From: a virus
Lineage: Duplodnaviria > Caudoviricetes
IMG/VR virus record: IMGVR_UViG_2897081166_000001
Location: 17,293-81,292 of that record
Direction: 5' to 3' (one strand)
Length of the DNA: 64,000 bases
The notes beneath the pieces were generated by a model. That model did not search any database. It worked only from the letters and a program-made list of their open reading frames with translations, and was not told the origin of the DNA. Numbering within the stretch: the first letter of the stretch is position 1; every line of letters starts with the position of its first letter. The translations under genes and the position numbers were made by a program. This document shows, in pieces, positions 19,486-29,025 of the stretch.

Positions 19486-20186
19486 CCTGGCACCTCGGCC
19501 GCCTGGCCGGCTTCGATATCGAGTCGACGGGCACCAACCCCGAAACCGCCCGCATCGTCACCGCCTGCATCGTCCAACTCGGTGGCCAGCAGCCCACCGT
19601 GGCCGCGAACTGGCTGACCGACGTCGACGGCGAAGAGATCCCCGAGCAGGCCGCCGCGGTCCACGGCATCGCCACCGACAAGGCCCGCACCGAGGGCGCC
19701 CCGCTGAAGGAAGCCGTCGCGGAAATCCTCGCCGGACTGACCCAAGTCATCCTCGCCGGGATCCCGGTCGTGGCCATGAACGCCCGCTACGACATCACCC
19801 TCCTCGACCGAGAAGCCCACCGGTTCGGCCTCGACCCGCTGCCCGCCGGCCCGGTCATCGACCCGTTCGTCATCGACAAGCAGGTCGACCGGTACCGGCC
19901 GGGGAAGCGCACTCTGACCGCGCTGTGCGAGCACTACGAGGTGCGCCTCGACGGTGCGCACAGTGCGGACGCGGACGCGGTCGCCGCGTGCCGGGTTGCT
20001 TGGCGGCAGGCCACCCGGTACCCGCAGCTCGCCGCCATGACCCTCGACGAGCTTCACACCGCACAGGTCGCGTGGGCCGCCGAGCAGGCCGCGAGCCTCC
20101 AGGAGTACTTCCGGAAGAAGGACCCGGCCGTCGTCGTCGAAGGCGCCTGGCCGCTCATCCCCAGGCAGAGGGGGACGAACTCATGA
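19482..20186 (+). CDS. DEDDh 3'-5' exonuclease (DnaQ-like)
   Basis: FDIESTG, NARYD, AHSADAD. Confidence 0.9.
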   Translation: MTWHLGRLAGFDIESTGTNPETARIVTACIVQLGGQQPTVAANWLTDVDGEEIPEQAAAVHGIATDKARTEGAPLKEAVAEILAGLTQVILAGIPVVAMNARYDITLLDREAHRFGLDPLPAGPVIDPFVIDKQVDRYRPGKRTLTALCEHYEVRLDGAHSADADAVAACRVAWRQATRYPQLAAMTLDELHTAQVAWAAEQAASLQEYFRKKDPAVVVEGAWPLIPRQRGTNS

Positions 20187-20584
20187 CCGCGATCGAGTCG
20201 ACGCTCCTCGTCTGGTACTGCCAGTCGTGCAAGAAGTCCTGCAAGACGCAGCCCCGCTCCGAGACCGCTTGCAAGTGCACCAACCCGGTCCGCGGCATGC
20301 GACCAACCCGGATCACGCAGGTTCACACCCCGAAGCCGCGCCCGCTCCACGCGCTCTCCGACGAAGAGGCCCGCCTCCGGAACCTCGCCCGAAAGAAGCA
20401 ACGGGTCCGCGTCACCTACGAAGCCGAGGTGTCCGAAGCCTGGCTCTCCACCGGCATGAACGGGGTCAAGCACATCCACTTCGTGGTCACCACCGCCGAC
20501 GGACGACGCCACATCGTCAACCCCGAACTGCCCGGCGTACACGTCGAGGCAGCACCTCCCGACGCTGAAGGGAACGCCTCATGA
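20183..20584 (+). CDS. Hypothetical protein with N-terminal Cys cluster
   Basis: Coupled; WYCQSC..CKC. Confidence 0.65.
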   Translation: MTAIESTLLVWYCQSCKKSCKTQPRSETACKCTNPVRGMRPTRITQVHTPKPRPLHALSDEEARLRNLARKKQRVRVTYEAEVSEAWLSTGMNGVKHIHFVVTTADGRRHIVNPELPGVHVEAAPPDAEGNAS

Positions 20585-20907
20585 CCTCTACCGTGCAGCC
20601 TGCCCTCGACGGCACCGTTCCGCCCGAGTCCGCCGACTACGAGACGTGGCTGGCCGTCGTCTGGCCCGTCTTCATAGCCGCCGCGGCAACCGGCCGCACC
20701 TTCACCTGCTACTCGGTGGCCGACGCCGCGAAGCTCCCCAACCCGCCCAGCCCGCAGGCGCACTGGGGACGCCTCATGACCCTCCTCCGCGACGAGGGCT
20801 ACATCCGCACCGCCGGATGGGCCTGCTCCGACCGGCCCACCACCCACCACAGCGGAGTCCGCACCTGGAAGGGCACCGCCGCAGCACGACGGGAGGCAGC
20901 CGCATGA
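20581..20907 (+). CDS. Hypothetical wHTH-like protein
   Basis: Coupled ATGA. Confidence 0.7.
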   Translation: MTSTVQPALDGTVPPESADYETWLAVVWPVFIAAAATGRTFTCYSVADAAKLPNPPSPQAHWGRLMTLLRDEGYIRTAGWACSDRPTTHHSGVRTWKGTAAARREAAA

Positions 20908-21245
20908 GCGACCTCGACACCCTCCTCGCCGCCGGCCAAGCGCTCGCCGCGGTCCACACGGCTGTCGGCCAGGCCATCACCGCCGCCCTCTACTACGGGC
21001 CGGGCGTCCTCGTCACCGCCGCGGCCGTCGCCGCCTGGCGCACCGGGCAGTGGACGGTCCGCCGCCACGACCAGTGGCTCCACGACCGGGCCGACCGGCG
21101 CGCGTACACCGCCCGCGCGTTCCGGCTCTGCCGCGTCGCCGACAGTGCCGACGCCGTCATGGCCATCCCCGCCGACGACCTCAACCGCTACCTCGACAAC
21201 AAGCTCGCAGCCACCCCAGACCTCGCCCCGGAGGAGGGCCGATGA
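20904..21245 (+). CDS. Hypothetical membrane-associated protein
   Basis: Coupled; hydrophobic segment. Confidence 0.6.
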   Translation: MSDLDTLLAAGQALAAVHTAVGQAITAALYYGPGVLVTAAAVAAWRTGQWTVRRHDQWLHDRADRRAYTARAFRLCRVADSADAVMAIPADDLNRYLDNKLAATPDLAPEEGR

Positions 21246-22219
21246 CCACCGCAACCCGCCGCAGCCGCCCCCTCGCCCCTCACGGCACCTACTCCCGAGC
21301 CAACGGCCAGCACGGCATCCGACCGCCCTGCCCTTGCGAGCCCTGCCGCACCACCCGAAACCGAGTGAAGAAGCAACAGCGACTCAACCGGCACCGCGGC
21401 ATTCCGCCGCTCGTCGACGCCGCGCCCGCAGCGAAGCGCCTCCACGAACTCCACGAGAAGTCCGGGTGGGACGACATCGCCCGCGCGGCAGGAACGTCCG
21501 GCGCTCACCTCCGCCAGATCGCCTTCGGCCGGCTCCCGCAGATCTCCCCGAAGACCCAAGCGAAGATCATGGCGATTCGCCCGGCCACAACCGGCGGACA
21601 GTACATCGACTCCACCGGCACAGTCCGCCGCGTGCGGGCGCTCATCGCCCTCGGCTACACCCTCATCGAGATCGCCGAAGCGGCCACCGTGGCCGTGGCC
21701 CGCGTCCAGACCCTCGCGGCCGGCTACCCCTCGCTCCGCCGGACCGTCGCGAACCGGATCGCGAACGCCTACCGGGAACTGTCGGAGACGCCGGGCACCA
21801 ACACCAGGGCGAAGAACCGAGCCATCGCCAACAGGTGGGCGCCGCCCGCAGCCTGGGACGACGACACCATCGACGACCCCGCGGCCATCCCTGACTGGAC
21901 CGGGCACTGCGGGACCGACCGCGGGTGGTGGACCCACCGGCAGCAGAACATCCCCATGTGCGACGCGTGCGACCAGGCGCACACCCAGTGGAAGCACGAC
22001 CACCAGCACCTGCCCCGCACCGAGCTCATGGCCAGCCTCAACGCCTCCCGGGCCGCCGCATCGCAGCGCGGTGAAGCCATCGCCCACGACGGGCGCGAAC
22101 TGCTCGCCCAGGGCCACACCCCGGAGCAGGCGGCGGCCCGGCTCGGCATCAGCGCCGACTACCTCCACCAAGAACTCCGCCGCCACCCCCTCGACGAGCG
22201 GCAGGAAATGGCGGCATGA
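21242..22219 (+). CDS. Multi-HTH phage DNA-binding protein
   Basis: HGT..CPCEPC, RRVRALIALGY, WAPPAAWDDDTIDDP, C-terminal HTH. Confidence 0.8.
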   Translation: MTTATRRSRPLAPHGTYSRANGQHGIRPPCPCEPCRTTRNRVKKQQRLNRHRGIPPLVDAAPAAKRLHELHEKSGWDDIARAAGTSGAHLRQIAFGRLPQISPKTQAKIMAIRPATTGGQYIDSTGTVRRVRALIALGYTLIEIAEAATVAVARVQTLAAGYPSLRRTVANRIANAYRELSETPGTNTRAKNRAIANRWAPPAAWDDDTIDDPAAIPDWTGHCGTDRGWWTHRQQNIPMCDACDQAHTQWKHDHQHLPRTELMASLNASRAAASQRGEAIAHDGRELLAQGHTPEQAAARLGISADYLHQELRRHPLDERQEMAA

Positions 22220-22443
22220 GCGACCTCGACACGTCATGGCACGAAGAAGGCATCTGCGCCACCACGGATCCGGAGCTGTTCTTCCCGGAGTCCGGGGCAC
22301 CCCTGGCCGCCATCAAGGTCTGCCTCGGCTGCCCGGTCCGGCGCCGCTGCCTGGAGCACGCGCTCACCGCACCCGAAGACCACGGCATCTGGGGCGGCAC
22401 CACCCGCAACCAGCGCCGACGCATGAACCAGCAGGCGGCATGA
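22216..22443 (+). CDS. whiB: WhiB-family transcription factor
   Basis: C..DPELFF..CxxCPV..C..GIWGG. Confidence 0.93.
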   Translation: MSDLDTSWHEEGICATTDPELFFPESGAPLAAIKVCLGCPVRRRCLEHALTAPEDHGIWGGTTRNQRRRMNQQAA

Positions 22444-22523
22444 CAAGGGCGGGCCACCACACGTGGCCCGCCCACACGCACAACAACCCCGCCACGGCGG
22501 GGGAGGGAGGAGAGGACGTGACG

Positions 22524-22787
22524 TCAGTCCGAGTCGGGGCCGAGCTTGTCGAGCCGGCGCTGAGCGGCGCTCTTACGGGTCTTCGAAGCGTCCGGGGCGA
22601 TCTTCGAAACCCACTCCCGGGTGAAGCCGGTCAGCTTCGCCATCTCGGACGGGCCCAGACCAGCCGCTCGCCCCTTCACCAGCAGCTCTTTGAGCTCCAG
22701 GTCGGCGCGCAGGAACACCCGCTCGGCCTCCGTGCGCCGGCGGGCTGCGTTCTGAATCTCCGTGTCGAGGGCGTCCATGTCGCTCAT
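22524..22787 (-). CDS. Small helix plus HTH repressor-like protein (paralog 1)
   Basis: LKELLVKGRAAGLGPSEMAKLTGFTREWVSKI. Confidence 0.75.
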   Translation of the reverse strand: MSDMDALDTEIQNAARRRTEAERVFLRADLELKELLVKGRAAGLGPSEMAKLTGFTREWVSKIAPDASKTRKSAAQRRLDKLGPDSD

Positions 22788-23009
22788 GGTGACACACCGC
22801 AACGCGAACGCGCTACGTGGCCGCGCCTTGTGGTCGCGAACTGTGAACGCTATTCTCATTCTCGTGGCCGTGATTCTGGCATCTCAATTACGCCCCCAAA
22901 TAGCGCTCCTGCGCGGCTAATTGCCGACGCCTCAATGCCTACACGCAATGCCGAGCGGGATCCCGAGCCGCACACCACCCGAATACCTCTTCACCTGGGA
23001 AGGGCTCTG

Positions 23010-24605
23010 ATGTACCGAAACGACGGCGACGCACTCACGGTCATGGACTGGTTCTGCGGCGCAGGCGGCTCCAGCCAGGGCGCCCACTCCGTCCCCGGCG
23101 TGCGCGTCACCCGCGCCGCAAACCACTGGGCGAAGGCCATCGACTCCCACGAGGCGAACTTCCCCGAGGCCAGCCACTACCGCGGCGACATCCGCACCGC
23201 CCCCGTCTGGGACTGGCCCGTCACCGACATCTTCTGGGCCTCCCCGGAGTGCACCAACTGGTCCGTGGCGAAGGGCAAGCGCCGCAACTTCGACACCGCC
23301 ATGCAGGGCAGCCTCCTCGACCTCCTCGCCGACCAGAACGAGGAGGAACCGGCCGACGCGGAGGAGGAGTCCCGGGCCCTGATGGAGGAAGTGCCGCTGT
23401 ACCTCCGTGGCGTCCAGGAGCGCGGCGGGCTCGTCAAGGCCGGTGTCGTAGAGAACGTCACCGACGTCCGGGCCTGGGACCAGTGGGACCGGTGGATCGG
23501 CGAGCTCCACAAGATGGGCTACCTCACCCGCATCATCGCCCTGAACTCGATGCACGCGAACCCGCGGTCCGTGCACGCCGCACCCCAGTCCCGCGACCGG
23601 CTCTACGTCGGCTACTGGCACAAGTCGCTGGGCCGCACCCCCGACTGGGACAAGTGGCTGCGCCCCCGCGCCTGGTGCTCCGGGTGCGACACCTGGGTGC
23701 AGGCCATGCAGGTCTTCAAGACCCCCGGCCGCGACATGGGCCGCTACCGCACCCAGTACGTCTACCGCTGCCCCTCCACCACCTGCCGCAACCAGATCGT
23801 CGAACCCGAAGCGCTTCCCGCCGCCGCCGCGATCGACTGGTCCATCCCCGGGCAGCGCATCGGCGACCGGGCCAAGCCCCTCGCCGACAAGACGCTCGCC
23901 CGCATCCAGGCCGGGCTCAGGAAGTTCTCCCAGCCCGTCCCGATGATGGTCCCGGCCGGCGGCACCTGGAGAGACTCGGCCGTCAGCGTCGGCGAACCCA
24001 TGGGCGCCCGCACCACCCGGGAGAACGACGGCCTCATGGTCCCGCCGCTCCTCGTCCCCGTCGAGGGCCGCGACGGCAAGGAAGCCCGCTCCGTCAACGA
24101 CCCGCTGCGCACCATGACCACCCGCAACGAGACCGGGCTCGCCTGGCTCCCGTTCATCGCCGAACTCCGCGGCGGCGGCTCCATCGCCCGGTCCGTCACC
24201 GACGCCCTCGCCACCGTCACCGCCTCCGGGAACCACCACGGGCTCGTCACCCCGGAGAACGTCACCTGGAACGACCTCCTCGTCCCCTACTACACCAACG
24301 GCACCGCCCGCACCGTCCGCGAACCCATCGGCGCCCTCTCCACCCGCGACCGGTACGCCCTTGTCCGAGGCGACGTCGACATCAACGACGTCCGCTTCCG
24401 AATGCTAGAGCCCCACGAGATCGGGCGAGCCATGAGCTTCGCCGACGACTACATCGTCCTCGGCTCCAAGCGCGACAAGGTCCGCCAGTACGGCAACGCC
24501 GTCACCCCCAACGCCGCCGAGATCATCCTCTGCGCCCTCGTCGAAGCCGTCACCGGCGACGAACTGGAGCGGTACGCCGAACCCCAGCTGGCCGCCGCCG
24601 CGTGA
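23010..24605 (+). CDS. DNA cytosine-C5 methyltransferase
   Basis: DWFCGAGG, ASPEC, ENV, QSRDR, QYGNAV. Confidence 0.92.
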   Translation: MYRNDGDALTVMDWFCGAGGSSQGAHSVPGVRVTRAANHWAKAIDSHEANFPEASHYRGDIRTAPVWDWPVTDIFWASPECTNWSVAKGKRRNFDTAMQGSLLDLLADQNEEEPADAEEESRALMEEVPLYLRGVQERGGLVKAGVVENVTDVRAWDQWDRWIGELHKMGYLTRIIALNSMHANPRSVHAAPQSRDRLYVGYWHKSLGRTPDWDKWLRPRAWCSGCDTWVQAMQVFKTPGRDMGRYRTQYVYRCPSTTCRNQIVEPEALPAAAAIDWSIPGQRIGDRAKPLADKTLARIQAGLRKFSQPVPMMVPAGGTWRDSAVSVGEPMGARTTRENDGLMVPPLLVPVEGRDGKEARSVNDPLRTMTTRNETGLAWLPFIAELRGGGSIARSVTDALATVTASGNHHGLVTPENVTWNDLLVPYYTNGTARTVREPIGALSTRDRYALVRGDVDINDVRFRMLEPHEIGRAMSFADDYIVLGSKRDKVRQYGNAVTPNAAEIILCALVEAVTGDELERYAEPQLAAAA

Positions 24606-24700
24606 CGCCCCGCCCGGACCCCGCCCCCACCTGACCCAACCGCGGGCCCCACACCGCCCCCGCCCGTACCTATCCGCACCGCCAGGAAGAAGACGACCCC

Positions 24701-25801
24701 ATGGCACGTGGCCACGGCCGGATCCTCACCAGCATCTGGGAGGACACCGACTTCACGGAACTCGACGAGAGCGAACAGCGCCTCTACCTGTTCCTGATCT
24801 CCCAGCCGAACCTCAACCACGCCGGCCTGCTCGACCTCACGCTCCGGCGCTGGTCCCGCAAGGCCCGGGGTCTGTCCGTCGGCGAGTTGGAGAAGCGCAT
24901 CCACGCCCTGGAGCAGGCGCGATTCATCGTCGTGGACGACGACACCGAAGAGCTCCTCATCCGCTCGTTCATCCGCAACGACGGCGTATGGAAGCAGCCG
25001 AAGGTCATGGGCGCCGCAGTGTCCGGGGCCCTGGAGATCTCGTCAAAGCGGCTCCAGCAGGCGCTGCTCGCCGAGATGGACCGCATCCCTCTCGACGAGC
25101 TCAGCGACGAGCCGACGAAGGTGCGGGCCGGCGGCGAGGGGCCGTCGATCCGCAGGCAGGTCCAGAACCACATCGAAGACCTTCGCCGGGCCTTCGGCAC
25201 CCCCACCCCGGACCCCACGGGAAGGGGATCCGTAACCCCCTCCGCACCCCCCTCGGGAACCCCCTCCGATACCCCTGCCGAAGGGGGTCCGAAAGGCTCT
25301 ACGCGCGGGCGCGCGCCCGCATCACGCGCGCATTCCCCTGCCCCTGCCCCTACCCCTACCACCAACCCCGTAGAAGACGTGTGGGCTGAGGAGCCCTCGG
25401 AGACCGAGCCCACCGAGGGGCCTGAGGTCTCCGACGCGGCAGAGCCGGTCGGCGCGACGATCACCCAGATTCGCCCCGACGTCGAGCAGGCCTGCTCGCT
25501 GCTCGCCGAACTCATGGAAGCCAACGGCTGCCGACGGCCGACCGTCACCAAGGAGTGGCGGGACGCCGCCCGCCTCCTCATGGACAAAGACGGCGTCGCC
25601 CTCGCCGATGTCCTCGGAGCCATCCGCTGGTCCCAGGCCGACCAGTTCTGGCGCTCCAACATCCTCTCGATGCCGAAGCTCCGCAAGCAGTACGACGCCC
25701 TGCGCCTCCGCGCCCAGCGCGACCGCGGCCGGTCCGGCCCGCAGACCGCCCCCCGCCACTCCACCGAGGAAGAGATCGCCAATGACAGCAAGTTCGGGTG
25801 A
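24701..25801 (+). CDS. Replication initiator (lambda O-like organisation)
   Basis: N-terminal wHTH-like region, Pro-rich linker with iterons, C-terminal FWRSNILSMPKLRKQYD; upstream of loader and helicase. Confidence 0.75.
   Translation: MARGHGRILTSIWEDTDFTELDESEQRLYLFLISQPNLNHAGLLDLTLRRWSRKARGLSVGELEKRIHALEQARFIVVDDDTEELLIRSFIRNDGVWKQPKVMGAAVSGALEISSKRLQQALLAEMDRIPLDELSDEPTKVRAGGEGPSIRRQVQNHIEDLRRAFGTPTPDPTGRGSVTPSAPPSGTPSDTPAEGGPKGSTRGRAPASRAHSPAPAPTPTTNPVEDVWAEEPSETEPTEGPEVSDAAEPVGATITQIRPDVEQACSLLAELMEANGCRRPTVTKEWRDAARLLMDKDGVALADVLGAIRWSQADQFWRSNILSMPKLRKQYDALRLRAQRDRGRSGPQTAPRHSTEEEIANDSKFG
25234..25292. repeat. 12-bp iteron-like repeats, candidate origin
   Basis: AACCCCCTCCGC, ACCCCCCTCGGG, AACCCCCTCCGA, TACCCCTGCCGA with inverted partial copies on the flanks. 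Confidence 0.55.
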
Positions 25802-26408
25802 CGAAACCCCCATGAACTCCTGGCTCAACGAGCGCCGCACCCAGGCCCTCGCCGCATTCGACGACCAGATCCCGCTCCTCTACCGCCGCCGCATCTACCT
25901 CAACGACCACGTCGCCCAGTGGGCCGACCAGACCGAGGAGGCACCCACCAGCCTGTTCCTCTGGGGGCCGTTGGGTGTCGGAAAGACCCACAACGCGTGG
26001 CAGGCCACCCGCCGTTGGGTCGGCCAGCGATTCGCCGGCAACTACCGCGGCACCCCCATCGTCCAGACTTGGCGGTCCACCGCCCTGTTCGACGCCCTGC
26101 GGCCCGACGACAACGGGGGCAGCCCCAAGCGGCTCATGAAGCAGCTCCAGACCGCGGACCTGCTGTACATCGACGACGTGGCCGCCGCCCGGGTCTCCCC
26201 GACCGGGTGGACCCAGGAACGGCTCTACGAAATCTTCGACGAGCGGTACATCAACCGGCTTCCGATCCTGATCACCAGCGATGTGAAGCCCAGCCAGATC
26301 AGCCACATCGTGGGGGAGCGGGTCACCTCCCGGTCCGCGGAAATCTTCCGGGGCGGGGTCGTCCACCTCTCGGGTGCCGACCGGCGGCAGGGTGGTGAAG
26401 CCGCGTGA
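25782..26408 (+). CDS. DnaC/IstB-like ATPase (helicase loader)
   Basis: GPLGVGKT, LLYIDD, ERVTSR, GADRR; start may be 25812. Confidence 0.85.
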   Translation: MTASSGDETPMNSWLNERRTQALAAFDDQIPLLYRRRIYLNDHVAQWADQTEEAPTSLFLWGPLGVGKTHNAWQATRRWVGQRFAGNYRGTPIVQTWRSTALFDALRPDDNGGSPKRLMKQLQTADLLYIDDVAAARVSPTGWTQERLYEIFDERYINRLPILITSDVKPSQISHIVGERVTSRSAEIFRGGVVHLSGADRRQGGEAA

Positions 26409-26806
26409 GCGCCCAGCCCACCCGCATCCAGCGTCGCCGCACGAAGGGCTGGCGTGCTCCCGAGGGGGCCGCCTACGTCGGACGTGGCACGGCGTTCGGG
26501 AACCCATGGGCCGTCGTGCAGACGACCAGCGGCACCGGATGGGCAGTGCAGTGGGCAGGACACGCCAACCAGCACCGCCCCCTCGGCCTCGCCAGTTTCG
26601 TCCCGGCGGACGACCAGCGCGACGCCCACACCCTCGCCGTCGAGCTGTACGAGATGTGGGTCCACGCCCACCCGCAGCTCCTCGAACGCGCCCGACGCGA
26701 CCTCGCAGGCCGGGACCTCATGTGCTGGTGCGCCGACACCCTGCCCTGCCACATCGACCCCCTGCTCGCCATCGCCAACCAGCCACACCAGGAGACCAGC
26801 GCATGA
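26405..26806 (+). CDS. DUF4326-like protein
   Basis: RIQRRRTKGWR, YVGRGTAFGNP, LAGRDLMCWC, CH. Confidence 0.85.
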   Translation: MSAQPTRIQRRRTKGWRAPEGAAYVGRGTAFGNPWAVVQTTSGTGWAVQWAGHANQHRPLGLASFVPADDQRDAHTLAVELYEMWVHAHPQLLERARRDLAGRDLMCWCADTLPCHIDPLLAIANQPHQETSA

Positions 26807-28176
26807 CCACCAGCATGTGGGACACCCCCATCGACGACCCGACCACCCTGCCCAGCACCCCCGCCGACTTCGAAGCCGAGAAGATCCTCGTCGCCACCGC
26901 CATGGCCCGCCCCACCACCGTCGACGAACTCGCCGCCACCGGCTTCGACCCCGCCGACATCGTCGACGACCGCTACCGGTGGGTGTGGTACGCCGTCGAA
27001 GAACTCGCCACCACCTTCCAGGCCGGCGAAATCCGCTACATCCCCATCGCCCGACAGCTTCAGGCATGGCGCGCCGACGGCCGCATCCTCAGCATCCCCT
27101 TCACCGAAGACCAGCTTCGCGACCTGTACAACCACGCCCAGCCCGGATCCGAGAGCTACTTCGCCGACCGCATCACCCGGCAAGCCATCGCGGCCCGCAT
27201 GGTCGCCCACGGCCACGCCTCCATCCTCCGCGGCAACTCCCCGGCCTTCGACCCCGACCAAGACGTCGCCGCGGCGCAGGCCGAACTCGACGGCGTCATC
27301 CGCGCCACCACCGGCACCGAAACCACCCTCGTCGGCGACCTCCTCGCCGGCGTCTTCGAACGAGCCACCACCCCACCCACCAACGACGACAAGATCCCCA
27401 CCGGGTTCATCGACCTCGACGGGCTCCTCTGCGGCGGATGGGCCCCCGGCCAGATGGTTGTCGTCGGCGCCCGACCCGCCATGGGCAAAACCACCTTCGG
27501 CCTCGGCCTTGCAAGGGCCGCCGCCATCACCCACAACATCCCCACCCTGTTCGAATCCCTCGAAATGGGTGAAGCCGAACTCGGCAACAGCATCGTCTCC
27601 GCCGAAGCCCGCGTCGCCCTCCACCACATCAAGCAAGGCGTCGTCGGCGAAGACGCCGACGGCACCCGCCGCATGGCCACCCGAGCCCCGGCCATCAAAG
27701 CCGCCCCGCTCCACATCAGCGACGAAGCGAACCTGTCCATGGCCACCCTCCGCGGCCGGGTCCGCAACCTCGTCCGCACCGAAGGGCTCCGGCTCGTCGT
27801 CGTCGACTACCTGCAGCTCATGCAGGCGCCCCGGGCCGAGTCCCGGCAGGTCGCCGTCTCGGAGATGTCCCGGCAGCTGAAGCTCCTCGCGAAGGAGTTC
27901 CAGATCACAGTGATCGTCCTCGCCCAGCTCAACCGCGGACCCGAGCAGCGCACCGAGAAGAAGCCCATGGTGTCGGACCTGCGGGAGTCCGGGGCGATCG
28001 AGCAGGACGCCGACATCGTGATCCTGCTCCACCGCGAAGACGCCTACGAGAAGGAATCCCCCCGGGCCGGTGAAGCCGACCTCATTGTGGGCAAGCACCG
28101 CGGGGGACCCACGGCAACGATCACCACCGCGTTCCAGGGCCACTACGCCCGCTTCGTCGACATGGCCCAGACCTGA
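26803..28176 (+). CDS. dnaB: Replicative DNA helicase
   Basis: GARPAMGKT, VVDYLQL, AQLNR, DLRESGAIEQDAD. Confidence 0.95.
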   Translation: MTTSMWDTPIDDPTTLPSTPADFEAEKILVATAMARPTTVDELAATGFDPADIVDDRYRWVWYAVEELATTFQAGEIRYIPIARQLQAWRADGRILSIPFTEDQLRDLYNHAQPGSESYFADRITRQAIAARMVAHGHASILRGNSPAFDPDQDVAAAQAELDGVIRATTGTETTLVGDLLAGVFERATTPPTNDDKIPTGFIDLDGLLCGGWAPGQMVVVGARPAMGKTTFGLGLARAAAITHNIPTLFESLEMGEAELGNSIVSAEARVALHHIKQGVVGEDADGTRRMATRAPAIKAAPLHISDEANLSMATLRGRVRNLVRTEGLRLVVVDYLQLMQAPRAESRQVAVSEMSRQLKLLAKEFQITVIVLAQLNRGPEQRTEKKPMVSDLRESGAIEQDADIVILLHREDAYEKESPRAGEADLIVGKHRGGPTATITTAFQGHYARFVDMAQT

Positions 28177-28412
28177 TGTGGGAGCCGACCGTCGACGACA
28201 TCGTCGCCGCCCGCGAACAAGGCGACCTCAAAGCCCTGTTACTCCTCGCCGCCGGCATCGCCCCCACTGCGCCCAAACAGCGCCAAGCCGAACCCGAGCA
28301 GCCCTGCTTCCACATCCGCCGCCCCGGCGCCTGGCCCTGCGGCACCGCCCCAACCGGCCCCACCCCGAAACCCTGCACCGACTGCCAGCCGCCAGAAAGG
28401 ACCAGCACATGA
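28176..28412 (+). CDS. Small protein with an in-frame TTA codon
   Basis: TGATG coupling to dnaB; TTA at 28239. Confidence 0.65.
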   Translation: MWEPTVDDIVAAREQGDLKALLLLAAGIAPTAPKQRQAEPEQPCFHIRRPGAWPCGTAPTGPTPKPCTDCQPPERTST

Positions 28413-28789
28413 GCCCCCGCCGCAAGCCCCCCGTCAACGTCCACTACCGCGCCGGCGGCTGGACGCTGCCCGACTACAGCGACCTCGCCGACTGCACCCC
28501 CAACTACCAGCGTGGCCTGAACGGCGAGCCGGCCTGCACCGGCACCGTCGTGTGGAAGGTCGTCGAGGAACAGGGGCTGATCCAGACGTTCCGCTTCTAC
28601 TGCGACGCCGACCTTCCCGCCCAGGTCCGGCCGCAGGTCGACAACTGCCCCAACTGTCCGCGCCAGTGCGTCCAGCCAGCCGCCGAGTACCGCGGTGACG
28701 TCGAGGTCAGCCACCTGTACCGCTGCCCGGCCTGTGGCGTGACGTGGTCGACGAACCGGGACCTGCGGGCGTATGGGGAGGCGGCGTGA
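28409..28789 (+). CDS. Zinc-ribbon protein
   Basis: CPNC...YRCPAC. Confidence 0.65.
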   Translation: MSPRRKPPVNVHYRAGGWTLPDYSDLADCTPNYQRGLNGEPACTGTVVWKVVEEQGLIQTFRFYCDADLPAQVRPQVDNCPNCPRQCVQPAAEYRGDVEVSHLYRCPACGVTWSTNRDLRAYGEAA

Positions 28790-29025
28790 CGGCCAACCCG
28801 CGGGGGACCGGTCGTCGGTTGGGGCGCGGGCGCGACCCGGCAGTACCCCCTTCGCGGGACAAAAACCGGCCTCTCGCAGCCGAACAGGCTTCCGGTGCCC
28901 CGGAGTCCCAGCGGGGCGGAGAACGCCAGGGAGGCACCCAGCGGGCCGATCCGACCCCAGAACCCATCCCCGGGCAGACCGAACTGCCCCTCACCTACCG
29001 ACAAGTGACCCTTTGGAGCCTCTGA
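28786..29025 (+). CDS. Hypothetical protein
   Basis: Coupled at both ends. Confidence 0.5.
   Translation: MTANPRGTGRRLGRGRDPAVPPSRDKNRPLAAEQASGAPESQRGGERQGGTQRADPTPEPIPGQTELPLTYRQVTLWSL

Noticed and set aside
22071-23009. N-terminal extension giving an 844-aa methyltransferase
   Set aside because: Overlaps whiB and a minus-strand repressor; motif I and an RBS point to a start at 23010
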